From Yuukianura sp. NJ FZ-2021 (lineage: Eukaryota): a stretch of 64,000 nucleotides of DNA. Both the position numbers and the translations under genes were made by a program. Under the pieces are notes generated by a model that saw nothing but the letters and a program-made list of their open reading frames with translations, did not search any database and was not told where the DNA came from. This document shows, piece after piece, positions 1 to 11,889 of this stretch. The stretch lies in the NCBI GenBank assembly GCA_046563655.1, contig CM102288.1, positions 2,046,001 to 2,110,000 of the forward strand, read 5' to 3'. Positions within the stretch are counted from its first letter, which is position 1; every line of letters begins with the position of its first letter.

Positions 1-589
1 ATTACTGTTTTTAGTTTTCAGAGTTCTCATACCAGCAATTCTAGCCTTCATCGGTCGTCCCTTCAAAGGCCGATCCCAGTGGAAGTATACCCGAACACGC
101 ACTGAGTCTCCAGACGACTCACGACGTTCTTGACACAAGAGGTAATGTCCTGCAAGAGGTCACACGTCAAAAACGAACTTACTGAAAAATTCAAAACTGA
201 GTTTGATGAACTATGAAATTACCTCTCTGATTGTAAGCAATTGACTCAATAAGATCGACAGGCGGAAACGTATGGGAAAGGACCAAGCTCTCCTGCGTGA
301 CATCCTTCTTCCGTGTAGGATTCGGCGAATGCTCTTTGGCTGGACTAGATGCAGCAGGAAGAGTGTCAAAATGATATTGACCTCCAATGGAACCCTTAGC
401 GAAAGAATCTGCAGCTCTTCTCTTGGCAAACCATGCAGGAATATTGGCAATATGATCCGAGCAGTATACGCTGATCAGATGCTCCAAAGCAACAATGACA
501 ATTTGATCCGCCAAGGCCACTCCGATTCCACCATCACACCGGCCAATCTTCTGCGATTTGAAGTGATGACACGATAGTACTCTTACCAT
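1..589 (-). CDS. HPS3: BLOC-2 subunit HPS3, 5' part (gene runs off window start)
   Basis: Exon 1 reads MVRVLSCHHFKSQKI...HTFPPVDLIESIAYNQR. A GT-AG intron (151-222) joins it to GHYLLCQERRESSGDSVRVRVYFHWDRPLKGRPMKARIAG. This parallels the HPS3 N-terminus as recalled (MVQLYNLHPFGSQ...LAYSEAGDYLV...RAYVNW...IRMIG). Confidence 0.7.
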
Positions 590-1165
590 GGTGCTGGATG
601 CTGCTCAAGTCACTGGAGTAATTGACTCATTGACTCCCGTTATCCCGTTAGCCTGTCCAACTCCAGTTATCAATTGGTGTGGTTCCCATGTTCAGTTGAA
701 AGTGTCAATTGTCAAAAATCGGAATTTTTGATTCACACTGACCGATGACCGGGCGGACCGAGGAGATTTCGGGACAGGAAAGATTTCTAGAGAAAACAAA
801 AACAAATAGAGAAAATTTTAATTTCGCGGGTGAAAGTTTCCTACTTTTTCGATAAGACTACACAGTAGAGTGTCTTTTGTATCACTACTTAAGTTAATTT
901 ATCACGTCTTAATTAGTAACTTTTTAATTACTTTCTTGAAAATACATAGTTTTCTTTTATAAAGTTATGTAACCATAGGTATTATCTTTTCTGTTAAGTT
1001 GTTTTTTTTTAAAACAAACACTATTTCAAATACAAACAAACAATAAGGACAAACATGTTTGAAAAACGTTATTTCCCGATTTCCCACCATTTTTTTTAAA
1101 ATTGAGAGCGAGATTTTAAATTTTGTAGTAGCGAGTGGGTGGGCCTTTTTTTGTTGGGGGGAAAA

Positions 1166-1760
1166 ATGGAACTTTTTGAAGGGAAATTTGAATTTGTTGA
1201 CAGTTATGGCGTTGACGACTACTTGTCTGCTCTTGGTACATAAAAAATTACTGTCAACTCAATTTTTGAATGCTAGTTTGTTCTGAAAACCATAATTTTG
1301 AACCCGTTTTGGGAAATTTGTAGGTGTTGGACACGTTCTCCGAAAAGTACTTCGGGCAGCCAAGCCCTTTATGGAAATCACCCGGATTCATGAGCCGGGT
1401 ACTTGGAATATCAAGCTCAGCTCAATCATGTTTGTCCATGAAGTGGAGTACAGACCGGATGAGGGAGTCCAGGACGAAACGCTGGACGGTCGTCCATGTC
1501 ACGTAACTGAAACAAAATTTCAAAAAATCGACAAGTTTAAATTTGAATCCCGACGTCTGCCATTTCAGACAACCTTGACAGTACAGAAGCACGGAGTCGT
1601 TTTGCATCAGATCCCAGAGGAGGGGCCACATGTCAAGGTCATCTTGACAAAACATGCTGGAGACTCCCAGTTCATCACTGTTTCTCACAATGCTGAAGGA
1701 AAACACATTTGTTCCTTTGAATTCAAACGAGTCCCAACCCAAAATCACTTGTCAATCTAA
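1166..1760 (+). CDS. Fatty-acid-binding protein (FABP/iLBP)-like, 3 exons
   Basis: Splicing out introns 1236-1323 and 1503-1568 gives MELFEGKFEFVDSYGVDDYLSALG-VGHVLRKV...ETLDGRPCH-TTLTV...ICSFEFKR. It has the FABP G-K-[WF] start, the [FV]D[DE]YLxALGVG motif and the ETxDGR motif. Confidence 0.8.
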
Positions 1761-1879
1761 TAGTCCCTCAAGCTTCTCCAAAATTGAACACTTTCGAAAT
1801 TTCCAGTTTGCAAAATTCGTATCTTTTTAATAAATGTGAGATCAATAAATTCGTTTGATTAACGTTTTTTGGTAAATCT

Positions 1880-3434
1880 TCAGCGGTCCATGACACGTTT
1901 TGACTCAAGTGAAAGTTCGTAGAAGAGCAAGTACGGTTGAGCCAGTGCGACATCCGTATGTTTGCAGGCAGTGACTCTAAAATGTAATGTTAAAGACACA
2001 TTATAAGCATTAGGTTGACCTATTAGCTTGATTACAAAGTTAACCTTACTTCTCATCGTCGTAGCGGTGCCACTGCATGGAGTACGGGTGTTTTACATAT
2101 GCAATGTAATGTCCAGCATTACAGTTTTCGCCAATATGGCAGCAAATTCCGTACAGGTTGTAGAAGCAATTGTTCACCGCGGGGTCACTGTAGACGCCCA
2201 AATTCAAGTTTTCCAGGGGAAATTTTACCACTGCAAAAACAAAAATTCAAAAGTAAAAATCAAAATTGTCAAAATTTCTTGAAACTTTTGAATTTGGCCA
2301 ACCTGTGCGCAGCTTCCCACGCCCATCTTTCGTGAATCGCTTGAGGTGAATGACCAGGACGTCCGGAAATGCTTGAATACTGAGACGCTTCTTGGTTGAG
2401 TGTTGATATGTCACGCACTTTGGCATCTCTGCATCCGTCAGCGTCTCTTCCTGAGTGAACTGGGCAAGGCAATCCTGGAGGCTAAAAATATTACAAAGGT
2501 CAAAGGTGCATTCTGAAAGTATCAAAAGTTGGTCAAGTTTTTTACCTGACGTATCGTGACGTAGGAATGGAAATGGACAAGTCCCAAAACGGGTCAAAGG
2601 TCACGGAGCGATGGCCACAGCACAAGCAAGTGAGAGTGGATTTGAATTGTCCAAGGAAAATGTCCGTGATTTGACTGTTGTCAAACTTCAAATTCCAGTC
2701 CCAAGCCAAGCGGCTTTTTTCTTCATCTGGAACGTCATCTGCTGGAATCTCAAGCGATTTGATATCCGGCTTCTGCGTGACCCGGTTCAGGTCATTGTGT
2801 AATCCTTCCAGAAGAAACCGAAGTAATTCCTGAAAGAAAAACCAAAATTTAAATATTTTTTAATTTTAAAATTCGAAATAGTTTTAGTTTAACCTGAGCA
2901 TCGTTCTGAGAAGTTCCTTGAAACGCGGGACAATAATCTTGTATTTGACACTTTAACTTTGAATTGTCCACTTCCTTCTGTTGTGCTGGATCCCAAAGGT
3001 CACGAATCAATTGAGCAAAGGTCATGAAGAGTTCTCCTTTCGTAGACGAATTTTGATTGATCATGAAACGACGCCGACTCAAAGAACATTCCAGAAGTGG
3101 TTTCGTATTGGACAAGCACTGGAGAACGGAATTGAGGAAACCACGGTTTCCCTCGTTCAGGAGCCCACGCAGCCCAACATTTTGGTATGGATGTTGCGCA
3201 GGCTTGGAGCAATTGATCGTGGTCTGATTCATGATCACGTCTCCATTTATACTGTAGTAGTTTTCAATATTTGCAGCGAAAATTCTCATACCGCCGAATG
3301 TCCTTGAAAAAAAAAGAAGAAAAATCCATATGAGCAGAGGTAACTTATTTTAATTGATTAATAAATGTTTCAAAATTTTACCCTCCAGGAGGCACAGTAT
3401 GAGTAGGTGTTTTAGTTTGTGGCAATCCCGACAT
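1880..3434 (-). CDS. USP2-like ubiquitin-specific protease paralog with catalytic Cys replaced by Gly (putative pseudo-DUB), 6 exons
   Basis: The exons I translated join in frame, from MSGLPQTK (3434) to TGA (1880-1882). Cys box reads GLLNEGNRGFLNSVLQCL; also QNDAQE, LVIHLKRF, His box GHYIAY...WHRYDD and PYLLFYE. High similarity to the copy at 3842-5532. Confidence 0.85.
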
Positions 3435-3841
3435 GATCAGAAATTTTGGAGGTTTTGGAAAATTGAAATTTTGAAATTTTGCTGGAGACAACTTGCAGCG
3501 TTCAATGTAAAAAAAAAACCTGATAATTCGAGAAACAAAAATTGTTTTTTTGTTCAAAAATTGTGCTGCCTCTCTGTTTGATTAACAAAATGGTTCAGTT
3601 ACACGCAACTTATTGTTGCCAAGGAAAAACGAAATTTTGAAACAACAGTAACATTAATTTTGAAATTTTCAAAGCGAAGGCGGAACAAACGCATCAGGCA
3701 TCATGATCGTTGCAACTTTGAGATTGAGGTGGAGCTCAAGGTCAAGGTTCATGCTTGAAACATTTTGAAATTTTTAATAAATGTGAGATCATTAACTTAA
3801 ATTTTAGTTCTGATGAGTTTTTTTTTGGCGGGAAATTTTCT

Positions 3842-5532
3842 TCAGCGATCCATGAGACATTTTGAGGCAAGTGAAAGTTCGTAGAAGAGGAGATACGGTT
3901 CGACCACTGCGACATCAGCAACTTCACACGGAGTGACTCTAGGATGTTATGTTGAAACGATGTTAAGATTAAGACTATGTTAGTTGACATCTTAGGTTAA
4001 GATTTCCTCACCTTCCATCATCGTAACGGTGCCATTCCATGGAGTACGGATGTTTTGCATATGCAATGTAATGTCCAGCATAAGCAGTTCCAAAATGGTT
4101 GCAAATTCCAAACAAATTGTACGAGCAGTTGTTCACAGTGTAGTCAGCGTACACGCCCAAATTCAAATTCTCCAGTGGAAATTTTACCACTGCAAAAACA
4201 GAAAATCAAAAATTCGAAATCAAAGTTTTTCAAAAAAGTTTTAAATTGATCTACCTGTTCGCAGTTTCCCACGCTCGTCTTTAGTGAATCGCTTGAGGTG
4301 AATGACCAGTACATCCGGAAATGCTTGAATGTTGAACCGTTTCTTGCTGGATTGCTGACGACGACATCTTTCGCACTTTGGCATCTCTGCATCCGTCAGC
4401 GTCTCTTCCTGAGTGAACTGGGCAAGACAATCTTGAAGGCTGAAAACAAAAACAAATACCAAAAAAAGTTAGAAAGGTCAAAGGTCACACTCTGAAGTTG
4501 CCATGAATTAGCTCATTTGCTTACCTTACGTATCCAGCACCTTTGGGCGGCGGAGGAATGGAAATGGACAAATCCCAAAACGGGTCAAAGGTCACCGATC
4601 GATGGCCACAGGACAAGCAAGTGAGTGTGGACTTAAGTTGTCCAAGGAAGATGTCCGTGATTTGACTGTTGTCAAATTTCAAGTTCCAGTCCCAGGCCAA
4701 GCGACATTTTTCTTCATCTGGAAGGTCGTCTGGAATCTCAAGAGGTCGCAAATTCGGTTTTTTCGTGACCCGATTCAGGTCATTGTGTAATCCTTCCAGA
4801 AGAAAGCGAAGTAGCTCCTGGATTCAAAAAAAAAATTTCAAAATACAAAATTTCAAAATCCAAAACTTAAAATTTTGACAAGTTAAGTTAAAAGTTGACC
4901 TGGGCATCATGTTGACATGCTCCTCGGAATGTTGGACAAAACTTTTGGATTCGGTCTTTGAGTATAGAAGTGTCAGCTTCATTAGATTTGGCTGGATTCC
5001 AAAGGTCATGCAGCAACCGCGCAAACGCCATGAACAGTTCTCCTTTCATAGACGAATTTTGGTTGATCATGAATCGACGCGAACTTAACGAAAATTCCAG
5101 CAGTGGTTCCGTATTGGACAAGCACTGGAGAATAGAGTTCATGAAACAAGTATTTCCAATGTTGCGTAATCCTCTGAGACCAGCATTTTCGCGCGGGTTG
5201 GGCGGTTTCTGTCTTCGTCGTCCATTGGTTGCCAGGCAGTCAAAGTATTCTTCCGTCCCTCCGTCATCCCCTTTACGCACATCCATCATTCCATATGATC
5301 TGGGGAAACTGGGACTGTCTTGGACATCGGCAGGCAGGGGGTCAAGGTCAAGGTCATCGTCAGAGGTCACTTCTCGGTCATCGTCAGAAGGACGGTGTGA
5401 CCGTAACATGTCCTTGCTCAACTTTTCAATCAGCTCGTCTACGGCTCCAGTAGTGTCTTCAGTGGATGATGACGCTGCTGCTGTTGCTCCAGCGGAGCTT
5501 CCTGGAATTGCCTCCTCGTTTTCACCACTCAT
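3842..5532 (-). CDS. USP2/USP21-like ubiquitin carboxyl-terminal hydrolase (catalytic residues intact), 5 exons
   Basis: Cys box GLRNIGNTCFMNSILQCL, QHDAQE, zinc ligands CLSC and CERC, VIHLKRF, His box GHYIAY...WHRYDD, PYLLFYE. Confidence 0.92.
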
Positions 5533-6403
5533 CGCTTTTTTTGTTCAAATCGCTGCTACTGCTTATGATTGCTTCAAAAATTCAAAATATATTCTGTGCG
5601 TTTTGAAAACTCAAAAGTTTTACAAAAAAAAAGTTTTTTATTTTGTTGCATGTTGTTATAAACAGCATAAGTTCAAGGACGTGTTGCGTTCACCTGGAAT
5701 TTCCGTTTCCCAAAAGAAATTTTGAATTTTGGTTTTGAAAAATTAGTTGGCAAAAACAAAATTTTGTCAGATGATGATGTGACATTCATTGAAAAAATTG
5801 TTTTCGGACATTTGGCACGGACATTTTGACAATTGGAAGTAATTGTGTAACAAATTTTTCTGCGTAGCGTAGCTTAGACTGTCATATAACTTGACATGCA
5901 TGTCAAGATTGTCGTGACACATTTTGTTTCGGTTCTAGGAAACTCTACTAATTCATGATGAGAAAACTTTAAAAGTTGAACGGAAATTAGATAGTTAGTG
6001 TCAAAAATGATTTTAAAAAAAAGCCGAAAACAATTCCAAGAAAAAAACAGGACCCAGCTTGCAGCATAAGAAATTCTTATTAAGAATTTTAGTTTTTAGC
6101 AATCCAGTTTAACCTACTTTGCTTTAATCGCATTTTGGTGTTGGAAGTAATCAGCATGTCTTCCGCCGGAACTGTTGAAGGACGAAGCTAAAAACCAAGC
6201 GCAAAATGACATTGTGAATTTGACAAGATAAAAATGGAGTTTGAAATTCGACTTAAACCGTCCCTCCTCCCCATACATAACATCAGTCAGTTCGATTTTC
6301 AAAGCGATTCTAAGAAACAAAAAAATTTCCATTACTGTTCGGATCTCTGCTGCAGTTTGGTTTTGACTGTTGCTGGAAATCAACTACTAGTTTCAAAAAA
6401 AAC

Positions 6404-7550
6404 ATGGAACAATTACCGATTTTGAATCTCGAAAAGTTCAATAACGGATCTAGAACGTTTGAAAATTTAAATGAAGCCGCCACAGAGCTTAATAAAGGAT
6501 TGACTCAAACTGGGTTTCTGTTGTTGACGAATCATGGAATCAAAAAAGAAACAGTAAACCTCAATTTAAAAAAACACTTTTTTGAAAAAGTTTTCGTTTT
6601 TGAGAATGTTCTCTGAACATTGCTTTTCATAGATCGCTGCCATATCCGATGCTGCTACAGCGTTTTTCCAAGGCCCTGATTGGCTCAAGGAAAAATTTCG
6701 GAAACCAAAAGATCGCGTGACCTATCACGGGTACAGTTTCGTTGCTGACCTGAAAGGTCACAAGTATCGCGAATACTTCAGCTGGTGGCCGAACAATCCC
6801 GAATGTACTAATTTGGATACTACGAAGATATCCGAAGAGCATGTCACGGCCTTGACTTTGCTCAAGAACTACAGCGATGCATGTCGTGACCTCATTGCAG
6901 CGTCACATGACCTTTGTAATTTGCTATTTGACCTCTTGGCTAGAGCCCTTGGCCTGTCCGATTCCAAGTTCTTTGAAACGATGCACTCTGGCCATGGCGA
7001 CACTTCAGTTCCAAATCATACCTACTTGTCCTCCATCTTCTATCCTCCGATTGGACCAGACTATGAAATGCCCCTTAATAAGCCACGAATGGGAGCTCAT
7101 ACCGACTGGGACACTTTTACGCTACTGTTTCTAGATCCAGTGGGGGGCCTGGAAGCCAAAACGGTCCAAGGGAACTGGATTCCCACCGATCCAGTGCTGG
7201 ACAATGACGGAAACTTGGCCATTCTGCTGATCGTTGGCGATTTTCTGGAGAAATGGTCTGGCGGAAGGTATCGTGCAACGGTAAGGTCTTTGCTGGAAAC
7301 TAGTGGAAATCAACCGTGACCTTTGACCTTTTGACAGGAACATCGTGTGTGTGTGCCCGCTGGAGAAAATCGACTCAAAACGCGCTTGAGCTTTCCATTT
7401 TTTGTACTGCCTGACAATTCAGTGGATGTCAGACGGTTGGTCAAGGACAGTGACGACGATGCTGAAGAGCTGGAGAAAACGAATGTTGGCGAGTACTTCC
7501 AAGACAATGTCCGCCGTGGCTTCGAGAAAGCTAATGGGATTGACAACTAA
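6404..7550 (+). CDS. 2-oxoglutarate/Fe(II)-dependent oxygenase (DIOX_N + 2OG-FeII_Oxy, IPNS-like superfamily), copy A, 3 exons
   Basis: LPILNL...GFLLLTNHGI N-terminal domain; HTD...H iron triad (HTDWDTFTLL, EHRV); R-x-S motif (RLSFPFF); introns ~6554-6632 and 7282-7338. Confidence 0.9.
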
Positions 7551-7565
7551 AAACAGTGTTTCAAT

Positions 7566-7752
7566 TGCTTGACTGAAAAGAAAGACGACATAACCAGGTT
7601 GCACAAGTGACGAGATTCCGAAAAGCCATGTCAGTCGCATGTTCTCATTTCGCATCTAAAAATTAAGCAAAATGTAAACTTACTGTCGTAAATTACGACA
7701 TTCCGATTACGACTTGTAATAAATGAATTTCAGAACTATTCTTACCGCCATT
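7566..7752 (-). pseudogene. Orphan exon plus intron fragment copied from the membrane-protein gene at ~13040-13210
   Basis: gactgaaaagaaagacgac...gagattccgaaaagccatgtcagtcgcatgttctcatttcgcatct is nearly identical to 13040-13126. cttaccgccat at 7741 matches 13200. Confidence 0.85.
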
Positions 7753-8416
7753 ACCAAAGTCTACATGTCAAAATATTCGAAAACAATTTTTTTTTCGAAT
7801 ATTTTGACAATATTGCTGGTTCTAGTAGCTAAATTCGAAGTAATTGCGTAACATATTTTTCTGCGTAGCGTAGGTCGTTAGATTGTCATAGACTGGACGT
7901 GCATGTCAAGATTATCGTAATACATTTTGTTTTGGTTCTAGGAAAATCTACTACTAATTCATGAGAAAACTGCGATTTAAAGGTTCAACACAAATAAGAT
8001 AGAGTGTCAAATATGAGTGAAAAAACAGAAGTTGAAAACAATTCCAAGAAAAAAACCTAACCTACCATAACAATTTTAGCTTTTAGCAATCCGATTTAAC
8101 CTTTTCTTACTTTACAAGCAATTTGTTTTGATCGCATTTGGTTTTGGCACTAGTCAGCAAGACCTCCAGAACTGTTGAAGGACGATGCTAAAAAATAAGC
8201 GCAAAATGACCTTATAACGCTGACAACATTATCACGGGATTTCAAATTCGAATTAAGCCGCCCCTCCCCCCATACATGACCATTAGTCAGATTTTTAAAC
8301 TTTAAACGATTCTAAGAAGCAAAAAAAAATATTCGGCTACTTTTTATGAAAGTTTTTCGGATTTCTGCTGCAGTTTGGTTTTGACTGTTGCTAGAAATCC
8401 AGTAGTTTAAAAAAAT

Positions 8417-9601
8417 ATGGAACAATTACCGATTTTGGATCTCGCAAAGTTCAATAACGGATCTAGAACGCTAGAAGATTTAAATGAAACCGCCGCAGAG
8501 CTTCATACAGGATTGACTCAAACTGGGTTTCTGTTGTTGACAAATCATGGAATCAAAAAAGAGACAGTAAAAACAGAATTTTAGAAAAAAAAAATAGAAC
8601 TTCTTTAAAACAATTTCAAACTTTTCTCAAAGTTTTTTGTGAAAATGATTTCTTAAAATTGCTTTTCATAGATCGCTTCAATAAGCGATTCTGCTACAGC
8701 GTTTTTCCAAGGCCCGGATTGGCTCAAAGACAAATTTCGGAAACCGAAAGATCGCGTGACCTATCACGGGTACAGTTTCGCTGCAGACTTGAAAGGTCAC
8801 AAGTATCGAGAATACTTCCACTGGTGGCCGAACAATCCCGAATGTACTAATTTAGATGTGACGAAGATATCCGACCTGGAAGACCAAGAGTATGTCACGG
8901 TCTTGACCTTGCTCAGGAACTACAGCTACGCATGTCGTGACCTTGTTGCAGCATCACATGACCTCTGCAACTTACTATTTGACCTCTTGAGTCGAGCTCT
9001 TGGCCTGTCCGATTCCAAGTTCTTTGAAACCATGCACACTGGCCATGGCGACACTTCAGTTCCAAATCATACCTACTTGGCCTCCATATTCTATCCTCCG
9101 ATTGGACCAGACTATGAAATGCCACTGAACAAGCCGCGAATGGGAGTTCATACTGACTGGGATACTTTTACGCTCCTGTTTCTAGATCCAGTTGGAGGCC
9201 TGGAAGCCAAAACAGTCCAAGGGAACTGGATTCCCACCGATCCAGTGCTGGACAATGACGGAAACTTGGCCATTCTGCTGATCGTTGGCGATTTTCTGGA
9301 GAAATGGTCTGGCGGAAGGTATCGTGCAACGGTAAGGTCTTTGCTGGAAACTAGTGGAAATCAATCGTGACCTTTGACCTTTTGACAGGAACATCGTGTG
9401 TGTGTGCCCGCTGGAGAAAATCGACTCAAAACGCGCTTGAGCTTTCCATTTTTTGTACTGCCTGACAATTCAGTGGATGTCAGACGGTTAGTCAAGGACA
9501 GTGACGACGACGCTGAAGAGCTGGAGAAAACGAATGTTGGCGAGTACTTCAAAGACAATGCTCGCCGTGTGTTCGAGAAATCTAACAGGATTGACAACTA
9601 A
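8417..9601 (+). CDS. 2OG/Fe(II) oxygenase, copy B (tandem duplicate of copy A)
   Basis: Same 3-exon layout and motifs (HTDWDTFTLL, EHRV, RLS). Upstream ~600 bp also resembles 5820-6403. Confidence 0.9.
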
Positions 9602-9676
9602 AAACAGTTATCCAATTGCATACCAATCATATGATTGATTTTAATTAGGCCCAGGCCCAGTATCAACATCAGTAAT

Positions 9677-10531
9677 TTACAACTTAACATTGTTTTCAAG
9701 AAATAGAGCTAGATTGTCCAGAGACTGGACACGAACAAGTTCTTCTAACGGATGTTCTTTGGGTGAAATTGTAGTTTTACCTGATCGTTCAAATAAAACT
9801 GAATTCCATCCAGCATTTTTAGCTCCACGGTAATCCAGGTCGTAATTGTCACCAATATGAAGAGCTTCGGAAGGAAGAATGGATTGATCCGTTTTTGCAG
9901 CCAAAGCTAACGCTTTCTTGAATAGTTCTGGATCCGGTTTACTACACTGAGCTTCGAACGATGTCAAGACGAAGTCAAAGTACGAATGGATTCCCTTCAG
10001 TCGTAAAATGTCGTGTAGTCTCGGGTCAAAGTTGGATATGATTCCAAGGACAACTGGAGGTTTAGACCCAGTAGGATCTGTCGTCATCTTCTTAAGTCCA
10101 GTAAGTAATTGTTCCGTTCCTTCCATGACTTCCCAGCACTCTGGACCAGCAAACAATGTCAACAGTTCATCGGCTACTTTCGTCAGGGTTCCAGGGGCAC
10201 TGGCACCTTTACAATCTGCTTTCTAAAGTGTACAAAAAATATCAAGTCATTAAGCTATTCTTAGATAACTAAAGTGTAATTACTTATCGTCAATTACCTT
10301 GAACGTACCGACTACAAATTCAGTCCACCAATCTTGCCAGCATGATCCGTAATGAGGTTGACGTTGATTCAGTTCCTTCCATTGACATTTAAAAGCAGCC
10401 TTCATCCGGTCAGCGTCGACCGTCACTCCATACTTTGCAGCAACATTGGCGTAAATTGCGTAAGGCTCCAGACGAAATTTGAGCAATGTTCCAGTGATGT
10501 CAAAGGTGATTAATTTGATTGTATGGCTCAT
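9677..10531 (-). CDS. HDHD3: HAD-like hydrolase HDHD3 / Reg-2-like, 2 exons
   Basis: Motif I LITFDITGTLL, motif II GIISNFD, KPD...F, motif IV LHIGDNYDLDYRGAKNAGW. Confidence 0.88.
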
Positions 10532-10738
10532 GATTACCAATTACGTTCCTGTCTTCCGTCAATGTCAATGTTGATAGAGAAGAGAAGCAATGACCTGTCG
10601 ACCTCTCAATTTGGAGTTGAGAATGAGAAGAGATTGAGAAATCAACATTCAACAAGGAAAAGTAAAAGAAAATTCTTAGCGCCGTGCTTTTATTTAAACG
10701 GGCAGAATATTTTGCATTTAGAAGATTGAATTCAAATG

Positions 10739-11889
10739 TTAGCGAAAGTAGCGATTCCTGATTAATTGTTCGTAGTAATCCCCAAAAGTCGTACTTTCAG
10801 TACAATTGACTGGTGTAAATTGGGTTTCGTTGTCAGGCAAAACGTAAACTGGCAAACTTTGACGCTCCTCCCTCCTTCCATCTGTCGGTACACGATGTAC
10901 CTAACAAAAAAAATCACTTTTCAATAAAAATTTTACAAAACGTTTTTACATTTTTCTTTACGAGCGCAGGAATTTTGCCACCAGAAACTGCTTCCAGGAA
11001 ATCTCCAGTGATGAACAGAATTCCGTCTTCCAGGAGCGGAATATCATGCCACTGTCCACTGGCGTCTTTTCTCTAAAAAAATGAAAAACTTCGTTTCAAC
11101 TTCTGCAATTACTGTTTGAAGTGATTTCAATTAAAGTTAACCTGAAGTCCTTCTATTTTGTCCAAGAACAGTAAAGTGTAGGTTGAGCAATCCGTATGAG
11201 CTGTGCATCTTGCAGATCGACGATCATCTTCAATTTGAGCTTCATCTGGAATCCGAGGGTAAAACATTGAGCTGAAATAGGAGTAGTTTCCAATTGCAGA
11301 ATTCGGACTGAATCCCTGATGAATTGAGTCCAACTTCCAGTAATTAGGTCCATCTTCATCACTGATAATCCCGGAAAGTAGTTTGAGTAAGATTCGATTC
11401 AAAGTCATCATTGGACGTCCATAAAGCAAAGCCAAAATTGAATCTTCCATTCCCTGGACTTCTTCCGGGTAAATTCTGGACGGGTTATTTTGGTTATCCC
11501 AGGCATGGAAGTACTCTCGAAGCAAAACGTCGGAGTTGCTACGTCCATCTTTACCAAATTTTGCGTTGTATCCATGGTATGTCACGACTTCCGGAGGTTT
11601 CAAGTACTTCAGCTTAGTTTCGTAGGGCAAGTCAAAAAATTCCTTCGTTTTCTTGAAAGCCGATGAAATCTGGAATTGCAAAACAAAAAATGAATTAATG
11701 TTGAAATGAAGTTTCTGGTTATTTTGTCTTGTTTTGATTTCTTACAGTTTGTGCTGGAATTCCATGATTAATCAAGTAAACATAGCCTTCAGATGTGAGT
11801 GAGTCACTAAGCGTCTTGGACATGTTGACCCAGTCATCATGGCAGTTAATGGGTGACCCCAAATCTAAAATTGGAATGACTGACGACAT
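10739..11889 (-). CDS. 2OG/Fe(II) oxygenase, divergent copy C, 4 exons
   Basis: MSSVIPILDLG...GYVYLINHGI; HTDCSTYTLLFLD; ITGDFLEAVSGGK; VHRV; RQSLPVYVLPD. Confidence 0.88.

Noticed and set aside
4958..5725. 255-aa plus-strand ORF
   Set aside because: Antisense shadow of the USP first exon; no recognisable motifs.
7561..7580. Orphan fragment as a retrocopy (junction resembles spliced SQ|AI)
   Set aside because: The caattgc also exists in oxygenase B's 3' flank, and the fragment retains intron sequence on its other side, so DNA-level copying with microhomology explains it.
6404..11889. Beta-lactam biosynthesis cluster (IPNS-like genes, as reported in springtails)
   Set aside because: Only superfamily-level motifs are visible and the window has no ACV synthetase or other pathway gene. 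The family is widespread in arthropods.
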